Assembly (NCBI GenBank): GCA_965262235.1
Contig: OZ253504.1
Location: 785,365 to 849,364 of the forward strand
Origin: Dehalococcoidia bacterium
Lineage (GTDB): Bacteria; Chloroflexota; Dehalococcoidia; Bin125
DNA length: 64,000 nt
Direction: 5' to 3'
Numbering within the stretch: the stretch's first letter is position 1; every line of letters starts with the position of its first letter. Below the pieces are notes generated by a model, which saw nothing but the letters and a program-made list of their open reading frames with translations, did not search any database and was not told where the DNA came from. Of this stretch, positions 11,923 to 20,532 are shown one piece after another. A program made the translations under genes and the position numbers.

Positions 11923-12050
11923 CCAGCCGTGCCGACACTCGACAAGCCCGCCACTCCCTCGGAAGCGACGGAGCGGGACTAGCTCCGGCAACAGGTCCAG
12001 AACGACTCTCAGCGCGTAGCATCGTGAGTTCATCCAAGTGGATTGGGCCT
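11923..12050. repeat. ~125-bp diverged repeat, copy A (copy B at 20342-20468)
   Basis: Identical CCGTGCCGACACTCGACAA followed by near-ungapped similarity. Confidence 0.75.
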
Positions 12051-12442
12051 ACTCACACGAGAGAGGCGCCGGCCTATTCACCATCCTGCTGCGCGGCATA
12101 GCGGCGCACCCGGACGCAGGCTTCTCGACCACAAGGTCGCCTTCGAGTACACTCCACCCAGCCATCCCCGAAGCTGATTGATCATCCCCTACTCCCCACC
12201 CTTCCATCTGAGGCAAGGAAGCCGAGACGATAGAGGTCGACGCGCCCGCGAACGCTCCGACCGAGTCTCTGCGGAACGAGTGCGGGGGACCCCATCGAAA
12301 TCCCCGCCCCTCAAGCCGACCGCGTCCCCCGTCGCGAGTGATCGGATCGACGCGCCGGGCTACACGGAACGAAACCCGTCGTGACTCGGCTGGAATGAAG
12401 AGAGACTCAGGAGCTCCCGAGTGCACCACAGCTCCGATCGTC

Positions 12443-12655
12443 CTACCGCCTTTCGTATTGGTAGACTCCCTTGATGTTCTCATTAAGGTATGTCCCGGGG
12501 GACGGTGCGGCCAGAAACTCGCCAAACACCCAATCATCAACATCGAAGTACACATACTGCCCGGAGCGCAGGAACCACACATGGAGTTCACGCGTGGACG
12601 ATTCATACCCTATTGCCTCAACGTTGCTCGAATCTACATAGTGCATCTCAGGCAT
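12443..12655 (-). CDS. KTSC-domain protein
   Basis: VDSSNVEAIGY..L.VWF..G.YVYFDV....F..FLAAPSPGTYLNENIK; 8-nt overlap with the herA stop. Confidence 0.85.
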   Translation of the reverse strand: MPEMHYVDSSNVEAIGYESSTRELHVWFLRSGQYVYFDVDDWVFGEFLAAPSPGTYLNENIKGVYQYERR

Positions 12656-14516
12656 CTCGACTATCGCCGTTCCCCATAGGTCTGTTCGGGGCCCGCATGG
12701 TGGATTGTGCGCGCCAGTTCGAAAGTGCAACCGCATAGCCAGCGATATCCGGTCTCGGCTCCGCAAGCCATACATCGGGGAGCTTCGGATCATCTCCGAC
12801 AGGTTTCTCACGAGCCTTTCGCACCCTGACACGCGTCGGGATCGGCATCATCTCACCGAGGCATATGCCCTCACCCGTCCGCAAGGACGGTAAGAGGTCC
12901 ACAAGTCCTCCTAGATCATCGGGTACCATGGATGCAACCTTTCCGCGATCGGACGAGTTAGTAAGTCGCATCGCGATCAGCGATCCGCACTGGCTCAGCA
13001 CGGTGCTGTCAAGCTCGGATGGGCGCTGCGATACGAGGACGAGCCCCACACCATACTTGCGGCCTTCCTTCGCGATCATTGAGAGAGTGCGGTGAGCTGA
13101 AGTGCTATCGCCCTCTGGAACAAACAGGTGGGCTTCGTCGATGACGATCAGTAACGGCTGCTGCCGGCCGCCAATTGGAAGTTCCTGACCCCAAAGCAAC
13201 GTATCGTAGATCACGCGTAGCACGGTGCCAACGACGGTCGGCAATATCTCCGATGGAAGCGACGATACATCGAACACGGAGACTGGTCGCTCCTGCCCAA
13301 CCCATTCGGCGACGAGGGTATCCAGATCCGAGTCGACTTCCCCATCTATCGATGGATTGAATCCGCCGCCTGGGCAGAAGAGGAACGCGAAACGGGAGTC
13401 CCGCAATCGGCTCGCCATTAGGTCGAGGTGTCGCTCGATATTTCTCTTCCGTTGATTCTTGTACGGAGCTTGATTGTACGGGCTCGCGGCCGGGAACTTC
13501 GCAGGCCTGAGCGCATCAGCATCACCAAGGTCCTCGGGTGCACATTCATCCTCAATGGTTTGCTGATTCCCCGACTTGTTGAATGTCACGCGTTCGAATC
13601 GGTCCAGCTCGTGCCACAGCTTCTTGATGCTGAACGGGATCGGGGAATCCGCGTTCAGAGTTTCCGGCCGGGGGGCATTCTCCAAGCGCTCCGACGCGAG
13701 AGACTTCATCCGTAGAATCTCATCTCTGATCGCGGATTCCTGTTGTTGCTGAAGTCCGCCCAGGGTCAGTTCTCGCAATTCGTCGAACGGCAGGGCCCAA
13801 AACGGGACCCACAGCGGCTTCTCACCGGCCGCGGTGTTCGGGGACACCCTGAACACGGTCGAACGATCGCCTAGCGAGGATCCGTACTCCCCATGCGGGT
13901 CTATCACGATGACACGGGCCTTCGGGAAGGTGCCATCGGACACTGCCTCCAGCAAGACGGTCACCAGATTGGATTTCCCAGCACCAGTCGAGCCGACAAC
14001 TGCACAATGGCGACTGACGAGACCCGCCACGCTTAGCTCCGCGGGCAGTCCCGCGGTCGCCGCTATCTTGCCGATGGGGACCGTCCCAGTGGTCATCTTC
14101 GCCCAGCCATAGATCGTCTCCAGATCAGCATTCGTGACCAGATGGACTTCATCGCCGACCGTGGGATATTCGCCGACCCCTCGTTCGAACTGGCCGGCAA
14201 CGCCCTCACCGAACAAGACAGCCGTCATCCAGCGATATCCAGAAAGCGCTTGTCCGTCATCATCCTCGAGGCTCCTACTCGCCTGTGTGTCACTTCGCGA
14301 TGGCGGCGCTGCATCCGCACCCACCTGCGTGCATACTGCATAGAGGTTTGCATACCCGAGGGGTATTCGGAGGAACGCACCCAGCTGACCCACGCGATAC
14401 GATTCACCCTCGATCATGACGAGTGTCGACAAAATGTCACCCCGCAGACGGACTCGCACGACACCTCCAGCTACGGAAACAACTTGTCCGATGAGCGTGG
14501 GAGGAACATATGCCAT
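12648..14516 (-). CDS. herA: HerA/DUF87 ATPase of a Sir2-HerA anti-phage system
   Basis: HAS-barrel-like N-terminus, GSTGAGKS, DPHGEY, IVIDEAH, KEGRKYG, SQRPSE. Confidence 0.9.
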   Translation of the reverse strand: MAYVPPTLIGQVVSVAGGVVRVRLRGDILSTLVMIEGESYRVGQLGAFLRIPLGYANLYAVCTQVGADAAPPSRSDTQASRSLEDDDGQALSGYRWMTAVLFGEGVAGQFERGVGEYPTVGDEVHLVTNADLETIYGWAKMTTGTVPIGKIAATAGLPAELSVAGLVSRHCAVVGSTGAGKSNLVTVLLEAVSDGTFPKARVIVIDPHGEYGSSLGDRSTVFRVSPNTAAGEKPLWVPFWALPFDELRELTLGGLQQQQESAIRDEILRMKSLASERLENAPRPETLNADSPIPFSIKKLWHELDRFERVTFNKSGNQQTIEDECAPEDLGDADALRPAKFPAASPYNQAPYKNQRKRNIERHLDLMASRLRDSRFAFLFCPGGGFNPSIDGEVDSDLDTLVAEWVGQERPVSVFDVSSLPSEILPTVVGTVLRVIYDTLLWGQELPIGGRQQPLLIVIDEAHLFVPEGDSTSAHRTLSMIAKEGRKYGVGLVLVSQRPSELDSTVLSQCGSLIAMRLTNSSDRGKVASMVPDDLGGLVDLLPSLRTGEGICLGEMMPIPTRVRVRKAREKPVGDDPKLPDVWLAEPRPDIAGYAVALSNWRAQSTMRAPNRPMGNGDSRDA

Positions 14517-14523
14517 GATCGGC

Positions 14524-15732
14524 TCAGATTGCTACCATCGAGGCCAAAAAGTCACAGAAACAAGAAAAGTCGCCGATCGTCATCACAACCTGCGGCGAGT
14601 ATGACCTCTCATGCTGTTGAACTGCCGAATCATCGCGCGGTCGGGCCCCGAAAGTGCCGTCCAGATAGTTTCCCCATTCCGCCCTTCGTCCACCGATGAT
14701 TCCTGTGTTAGGACCGATGACCACAATGTTATGTCCGATAAGACTCCGTGCCACCAGATCCGAGTTGTTGGTCTCTTCGCTATACTGGAGAGCGTACACA
14801 TGAGTTCTCGGACGGTTCTCTAGCGCCTCGAAGATCACGGTGTTGATGTGTTCGTCTCCGAATCCGAATCCAGCGACCACCAGCAACGCGTCGTCTTGCT
14901 CCAAAAATCGCGCCAGTCGGTCCACGAACGCCGCGTACGGCTGCTGGCGGGATTCATCGTACTTCTGAAAGGAGGGCAGGATCATCTCGCCAGCTTCGCT
15001 CGGCTCCCCTCGGACCACTCGCACCCGACCATCGACCTCCGCCTTCCGCCAAGTCACTGAGCCATGCATTTTCCAAAGCCTGGTCCAGTTGATACCCGGA
15101 GCGGAATCCGCGCGGCGAACGCTATCGGCATGGAAGAACGGTTGGTAACTTCCCACGAAGCCGTCGAACACGGGAACGCGCTCCGCCTCAAGAGCTAGCT
15201 CGAATAGAATATCGTAGTTGACGGTGAAGATCTCGATTGGGTGCTGGCGAGTGACTCGGGTAAGCCATTGTGCGAAACGTCGGTGCGGCAGCGCGTCGAG
15301 AACATGCTCGGTCGGGGGGTTGACCGCTTTCGCGATCTCCTTGCGCACGGTTTCCTCGAGCTTGATCAGGTCAGCTTTCGGCAGACCAGCGAGCGTGTCT
15401 GATTCTCCGATCGCCTCTAGCATCATGCGCAATCGGGAAAGGACATCCTCGATATTGGGATTTGGTTTACCCCGTTCACATTCCGTGAGGATGTGCTCCC
15501 AAGCACTCGCGTAGCTCTCGCCCATCGCAACCGCCGCCGTCGCACAACATTGCGTCAACCCGACCACGTCCGGAATCAGAGAGCTCGCCTCCGCGTCGTC
15601 CTGTGCTGAGGCCACTTTGACTGCACACGACGTGCCCGCACCAAACAGAAACGCGATCGGTTTGTCGTGCCGTGCTAGGTGATCGCGCAGATCCCCTAGC
15701 AACTTCTCTGCATCGTGTGTTGCATTATCCAC
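14524..15732 (-). CDS. SIR2-family (SIR2_2) putative NADase
   Basis: FLFGAGTS, TVNYD, KMHGSV, GFGFGDEHIN; 7 nt upstream of herA. Confidence 0.88.
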   Translation of the reverse strand: MDNATHDAEKLLGDLRDHLARHDKPIAFLFGAGTSCAVKVASAQDDAEASSLIPDVVGLTQCCATAAVAMGESYASAWEHILTECERGKPNPNIEDVLSRLRMMLEAIGESDTLAGLPKADLIKLEETVRKEIAKAVNPPTEHVLDALPHRRFAQWLTRVTRQHPIEIFTVNYDILFELALEAERVPVFDGFVGSYQPFFHADSVRRADSAPGINWTRLWKMHGSVTWRKAEVDGRVRVVRGEPSEAGEMILPSFQKYDESRQQPYAAFVDRLARFLEQDDALLVVAGFGFGDEHINTVIFEALENRPRTHVYALQYSEETNNSDLVARSLIGHNIVVIGPNTGIIGGRRAEWGNYLDGTFGARPRDDSAVQQHERSYSPQVVMTIGDFSCFCDFLASMVAI

Positions 15733-15797
15733 GCTGCCAGACTACCGTTGCTCGCCCGATGCTTGCATTTCGCGTATGAACGATGCAAACGGAGGGC

Positions 15798-15874
15798 TGG
15801 TGGACAACGGAGGACTCGGCCCCCCGACCTCCCGGGTGTAAACCGGGCGCTCTAGCCACCTGAGCTACTCACCC
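15798..15874 (-). pseudogene. Degenerate copy of tRNA-Val(TAC)
   Basis: Full-length homolog of 21961-22037; T-loop TTC changed to GCC; acceptor stem has three G-U pairs and a G-G mismatch. Confidence 0.85.
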
Positions 15875-15895
15875 CGACTCACGCTGGCACAGCGC

Positions 15896-16045
15896 TCAGC
15901 TCGATCTCCGCGCGCCTTCCAGATCATCCGCCGCCGCGCCGTCTAGCAGTTGTCGTGCTGCGTCCAGCCCGCTCGGATCAGCCCCCTCCACCGCCTCACA
16001 ATCCTTCGCCCCCGCGTTCGGGATCGACCTCAGCCACGCCGCAAC
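15896..16045 (-). pseudogene. Diverged duplicate of the 3' end of the TlpA-like gene
   Basis: AAWLRSI..AGA...EAVEGADP..LDAARQLLD...DDLE...RSS* matches 22059-22225 with an 18-nt deletion. Confidence 0.85.
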
Positions 16046-16296
16046 CCCAGAATCCCTGAAGCGGCGCAGCCCCCCACTGTCCCAGTCCCAATGGGTGGAT
16101 CCCCAAACAGGGCGGTCGGCGCTGATCTTGGACCGCGCCGGCGAGGGCGACGCAATCCGGGCGCTGGTTGAAGGCTTCTTCCGTCGGATCACCCCCCCGA
16201 CAAGCTGGACCCGGCTTCGCCCCTCCTCACCCCCGCCGCCCCTGTCCTCGACGCCGATTGACTACCCTGACCGGGCCCTAATAGATGAGGACTTCC

Positions 16297-17811
16297 ATGT
16301 ACGACGACATCGTCATCGGTGCGGGTTCGGCTGGAGCGGTCATTGCCGCACGACTCTCTGAAGATCCCGAGCGCCAGGTGCTGCTGATCGAGGCCGGCCC
16401 CGACTACAGCCGGATCGAAGATCTGCCGGACGATCTGGTCAAGCCCTGGATCTCGTGGGTGGACCACGACTGGGGCTTCAGGGGCACTGCACGCCAGGGC
16501 CGCGATTTTCCCATGTACCGCGGCAAGGTCATGGGCGGCACCTCCGCCATCAATGGCGCGATCGCGCTGCGAGGCGTGCCCGCTGACTTCGACGCCTGGG
16601 TCGAACTCGGCTGTGATCAGTGGTCGTACGAAGACGTGCTGCCCTGGTACCGCAAGCTCGAGTCCGATCCCGAGGGCGGCGACTTCCACGGCACGAACGG
16701 CCCCGTCCCGATTGAGCGCAGCCCCAAAGATGCCTGGCAGCCGACCCACCGCGCCTTCTACGACGCCTGCCGCGAGCAAGGCTTCGACGATGTCTGGGAT
16801 CACAATCGCCCCGAAGCGACCGGCGTCGGTCCGTGGCCACGCAACAAACGCGACGGCCTGCGCATCTCGACCAACATCGCCTACCTGATGAACATCCGCG
16901 ACCGGAAGAATCTGACCATCCGTCACGGCGTGATGGTCGACCGCGTGCGGCTGGAGCACGGTCGCGCCACGGGTGTCGTGCTCGCCGATGGAAGCGTGGT
17001 CGAAGCGCGCCGGGTCTGTGTCAGTGCAGGCGCCATCGTGACGCCGGCGATCCTGCTTCGCTCGGGTATCGGGCCGGCCGAGAAACTCGCACCGCACGGC
17101 ATCGAGCAACTCAACGCGCTTCCGGGCGTCGGCGAGAACCTCACCGACCACGTCGCGATCGGCGTCGGGGCAAATGCGAAACCCGGCGTCACCCACGACT
17201 CCGACGTCGTCTTCGAGGTCGGCCTGCGCTACACCGTGCCCGGCAGCGACCTGTTCAACGACATGCAGATCGGTCTCTGGACGACCTGGGACCGGGAGCA
17301 CGTGCGAGGATTCGAAAACGCGCCTGGCACAGTGCCGAACATCAATTGTTTCGCGATGCTGGAGCGGCCGTACTCGCGAGGTTCGCTCAGGCTGCGCTCC
17401 GCTGATCCCGCCGAGCAGCCCCAGATCGAAATGAACTACGCCAGCCATCCCGAAGACCTGCGCCGGCTGATGCAGGCGGCGCGGCTCTCTTGGGAGATCC
17501 TCAACAGCGAACCGTTCCGGCCCTATGTCGAAGAGGTCATCACGCCTCACCCTGAGGTGTTCGAGTCGGACCGGGCCCTGGCCGACTACGTCCTGGCAGC
17601 GCTATCGACGACGTGGCACATCACCGGAACCGCGCGCATGGGACAGGCTACCGATCCGCTGGCGGTCACGGATCAACAGGGACGTGTCCACGGAGTGGAC
17701 GGCCTTCGGGTGGCCGACACAAGCCTGCAACCGGACATCGTGAGTTGCAACACCAACCTGACCAGCATCATGTGCGGCGAACGGATCTCCGATTTCATGC
17801 GCTCGGAGTGA
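16297..17811 (+). CDS. GMC-family oxidoreductase (choline dehydrogenase-like)
   Basis: GAGSAG, RGKVMGGTSAING, LLRSGIG, VGENLTDH, WHITGTARMG, CNTN. Confidence 0.9.
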   Translation: MYDDIVIGAGSAGAVIAARLSEDPERQVLLIEAGPDYSRIEDLPDDLVKPWISWVDHDWGFRGTARQGRDFPMYRGKVMGGTSAINGAIALRGVPADFDAWVELGCDQWSYEDVLPWYRKLESDPEGGDFHGTNGPVPIERSPKDAWQPTHRAFYDACREQGFDDVWDHNRPEATGVGPWPRNKRDGLRISTNIAYLMNIRDRKNLTIRHGVMVDRVRLEHGRATGVVLADGSVVEARRVCVSAGAIVTPAILLRSGIGPAEKLAPHGIEQLNALPGVGENLTDHVAIGVGANAKPGVTHDSDVVFEVGLRYTVPGSDLFNDMQIGLWTTWDREHVRGFENAPGTVPNINCFAMLERPYSRGSLRLRSADPAEQPQIEMNYASHPEDLRRLMQAARLSWEILNSEPFRPYVEEVITPHPEVFESDRALADYVLAALSTTWHITGTARMGQATDPLAVTDQQGRVHGVDGLRVADTSLQPDIVSCNTNLTSIMCGERISDFMRSE

Positions 17812-17840
17812 TTCAGCTCGACTCTCCCGCTCCCCCTTGC

Positions 17841-17940
17841 AGGAGACCTGCGCGTAATCCCCATTTCCCCTCTCCCCCCGCTCGGCGGGGGGAGATGCCG
17901 CAGCCTGCCCCTGCGCAGGCAGGGGGCAGAGGGGGGCTCC
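17841..17940. repeat. REP/MITE-like element with a nested palindrome in its loop
   Basis: Same family as 11565 and 38069; extra CCTGCCCCTGCGCAGGCAGGGG inside the GCCGCAGGC hairpin. Confidence 0.75.
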
Positions 17941-18061
17941 GGGCGTCCCGCCTCCCATCACACAGCCAGAATGGCTCCGTTCTACCTCTTCATCACCGAA
18001 TCTGGACGGGCCCCAGGGCCCGTTCACACTACGAGGTCGGGTCGTCGCCAGCTCCAGATAT

Positions 18062-18392
18062 TCCGTCATTCCTGCGCCCCTCCAGTCATTCCTGCGCCCC
18101 TCCCGTCATCCCTGCGCCCCTCCCGTCATTCCTGCGCCCTCCCGTCATTCCTGCGCCCCTCCCGTCATTCCTGCGCCCCTCCCGTCATTCCTGCGCCCCT
18201 CCCGTCATTCCCGCGCCCCTCCCGTCATTCCTGCGCCCCTCCCGTCATTCCTGCGCAGGCAGGAATCCAGGCGACCGCCCAACCCTCGCCACGGCACCGG
18301 GCTCGCGACGGCCTCGCCGGCATTCGCCCACGCGCCGTCGAACATTCGAGGCCAAACACTCCCATCGTTCGCCTGGCTTCCTGCCTGCGCAG
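18062..18392. repeat. Nine 19-20-bp tandem units CCCGTCATTCCTGCGCCCCT ending in a complete GTCATTCCTGCGCAGGCAGGAATCC palindrome, with an inverted partner at 18372-18392
   Basis: Read directly from the sequence. Confidence 0.9.
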
Positions 18393-18473
18393 CGCCTGCC
18401 CCTGACTTGAACAGGCAAGTGACGAGCTTGGCGTTGAGCACAATGCCATCCCACCGCTCAGTGTGAACAGGCC

Positions 18474-18806
18474 CTACTCCGAGCCTTGCACGGCGGGCAC
18501 CGGCACCTCAATCTCCAGCAGCGGCGCGTACTGCTGACCACCGAAGCAGTCGCTGTCACCGAGGTCGCCTGAAGCGATCGGCCTGGGGAATGAGAACTTG
18601 ATCGCCAGCGCATTGTCGCAGTTGAAGAAGAGCACGTCCGCCTCGTTCTGCTGATACATCTCCGCCACCAGCTTCTTGTTCAGCACCCCCGAGTCGCGGA
18701 CCTGTTCGTACACCTCGGCGTCATCGAACATGATGTCGAAGGTGAGCACGAACGGTCCGGCGTTCTTGCTGCGCACCAGCTTGGTGACTTCCCAGAGCTT
18801 TGCCAT
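18474..18806 (-). CDS. DUF4387-family protein
   Basis: VRSKNAGPFVLTFDIMF ... AIKFSFPRP..SG...D.D.FGGQQYAPLL. Confidence 0.85.
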   Translation of the reverse strand: MAKLWEVTKLVRSKNAGPFVLTFDIMFDDAEVYEQVRDSGVLNKKLVAEMYQQNEADVLFFNCDNALAIKFSFPRPIASGDLGDSDCFGGQQYAPLLEIEVPVPAVQGSE

Positions 18807-18815
18807 GACGCGCCT

Positions 18816-20186
18816 CTAGACCCTCGCCATCTCAATCGGGAACATCTCGTAGGGATCAGCAGGTTCGACCACGTGGTTCAGGTTGAACCGGTGAGTCGCG
18901 CCCCGGTGCAGTACTGCGGGGCTGTAGGGGAACGCCAGGACGCTGATCAGGCCGTGCCATTCGGGCACCGGAAAATGCAGCGCCAAGTGATGAGCGACTT
19001 CGGCAAGTTCTCCGGCCAGGTCCGGGTCCGAAGCGGTCACCTCGATGATCAGACACACCTCGTGGGCAGGCGTCGTCACCGGCTCCAGCGCGCCCATCGT
19101 TCCGTCTCGACCGTAGACGCGGAAGAAGACCGAGTAGTCCTCGTCCATCTCCAGGCCGTCGAACGCATCCCTGATCCGCAGGGCCAATCGCTCCTTCATC
19201 CGGCCGAGCCAGTCGTCGAGTTGGCGGATGATGATCGGGTCTCTGATCGCTCCGATGATGATGCTCTGGTAGCCCGCCAGTTCAGCTCCTTCGAGCTTCA
19301 CGGTGTAGCGCTCCGCCGGAACCCAGCGGCTGTTGGAGACCTTGACGGCCCGGTCCGAGACAGCCTCATACACCGAATCGGTGGTGTCCAGCATCCCCGA
19401 CGATTCGTACAGGTGGAAGGGATCGGCGTTCTCATACAGCGTGTGAGAGGCGACGCTCTGCGGCGTGCACCAGAGTTCCTCGGCCGGCGGTTCGACGATG
19501 AAGTGGTCGTTCCGGACGGTGGCGAACATGCAATCGGGCGACTTCCTCAGCGCCACGGACGCGGCTCCGCACTCCAGGATCTTTGCTGCGTGCCAGACCG
19601 GACCTTCAGCGAATCCCCGCGCCAGTGGCATGGCGGCAAAGAGCGTGGTGTCGCTGGCTCGTCCGCCGACGATCACCTCGGCGCCGTCATCCAGGGCCTT
19701 TGCGATCGGCTCGGCGCCCATCATGCCGACGATGTGCAGGCTCTGGTCGATCACCGCTTCGTCCAGATGCGGCGCCGGCTTTAGCGGCGTGATCTTACCC
19801 GCTCTGAATTTGGACTTCAGGTACTCCCGGTCCTGCTCCGAGCGGATCACCGCGAGCTTGAACTGCAGTTCCTCTTCCCTGGCGACCTCTTCGACGATTT
19901 CCACCGTCCACTGGACATTCAGGTCCCCGCCGGCCGACCCGGCCGAGCCGATGATCACCGGAATGCCCGCCGCTCGCCCGGCCTGGAGGATCAGCCGGAT
20001 GTCCCGTTTGACCGCGGTCCGGGGAAAGTTGCTCCTCCCGGTGGCGAGCGCGTCCGGTCCGCCATCGGTGGTGCCCGCGTCGGCTGCGATGAAGTGCGGC
20101 TCCCATTCCATCGCCCGCTTCAACGACGCTTCCAGGAACCCAGATCCGACCATCCCCGTCGCCGAAAGCGCTCTAATCTCATCCAC
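18816..20186 (-). CDS. AtuA/DUF1446-family protein
   Basis: DAGTTDGGP, GSAGSAG, GGRASD, WHAAKILECG, HTLYENADP; GTG start 20186; paired with DUF4387. Confidence 0.8.
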   Translation of the reverse strand: MDEIRALSATGMVGSGFLEASLKRAMEWEPHFIAADAGTTDGGPDALATGRSNFPRTAVKRDIRLILQAGRAAGIPVIIGSAGSAGGDLNVQWTVEIVEEVAREEELQFKLAVIRSEQDREYLKSKFRAGKITPLKPAPHLDEAVIDQSLHIVGMMGAEPIAKALDDGAEVIVGGRASDTTLFAAMPLARGFAEGPVWHAAKILECGAASVALRKSPDCMFATVRNDHFIVEPPAEELWCTPQSVASHTLYENADPFHLYESSGMLDTTDSVYEAVSDRAVKVSNSRWVPAERYTVKLEGAELAGYQSIIIGAIRDPIIIRQLDDWLGRMKERLALRIRDAFDGLEMDEDYSVFFRVYGRDGTMGALEPVTTPAHEVCLIIEVTASDPDLAGELAEVAHHLALHFPVPEWHGLISVLAFPYSPAVLHRGATHRFNLNHVVEPADPYEMFPIEMARV

Positions 20187-20293
20187 AACGAGTCTCCCGA
20201 ATCCCCAATCCTCGAAGTCCCGCCGCAGCCCCTCCGACGCGCGATTTGCGCCGCAGCATACCTGGCCGGGTGCTGAAAAAGTCATCGCGCCCA

Positions 20294-20342
20294 GCCCCCC
20301 CCTCTCTGCGGGGGGAGATGTCCCGTAGGGACAGAGGGGGGC
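20294..20342. repeat. REP-like element (GNA-hairpin family)
   Basis: GCGGGGGGAGATGTCCCGTAGGGACAGAGGGGGG. Confidence 0.75.
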
Positions 20343-20468
20343 AACCGTGCCGACACTCGACAACCCCGTCACGCCCCCGGAGTCGACCGGACGGGATTGG
20401 CTCCCGCAACAGGCCCAGACCGAGCCTAAACGCGAAGGACCTTGATGTTGTCCAGCTTGGCGGACCTA
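20342..20468. repeat. ~125-bp diverged repeat, copy B
   Basis: Homologous to 11923-12050. Confidence 0.75.
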
Positions 20469-20532
20469 GCGAGCCCATCCTGCGCGGTTTCCGCTGGCCG
20501 GTCGCCATCCGAGATAGCGCGGCCGGGCGCGC

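Noticed and set aside
10802-12037. 411-aa ORF as one protein
   Set aside because: It concatenates the 125-bp element, a DinB fragment, repeat DNA and the MBL gene
16050-16200. Possible 3' remnant of another gene (WVDPQTGRSALILD..IRALVEGFF)
   Set aside because: Too short to assign by eye
18062-18270. Possible CRISPR array
   Set aside because: Units are contiguous with no unique spacers, and no cas genes are in the window
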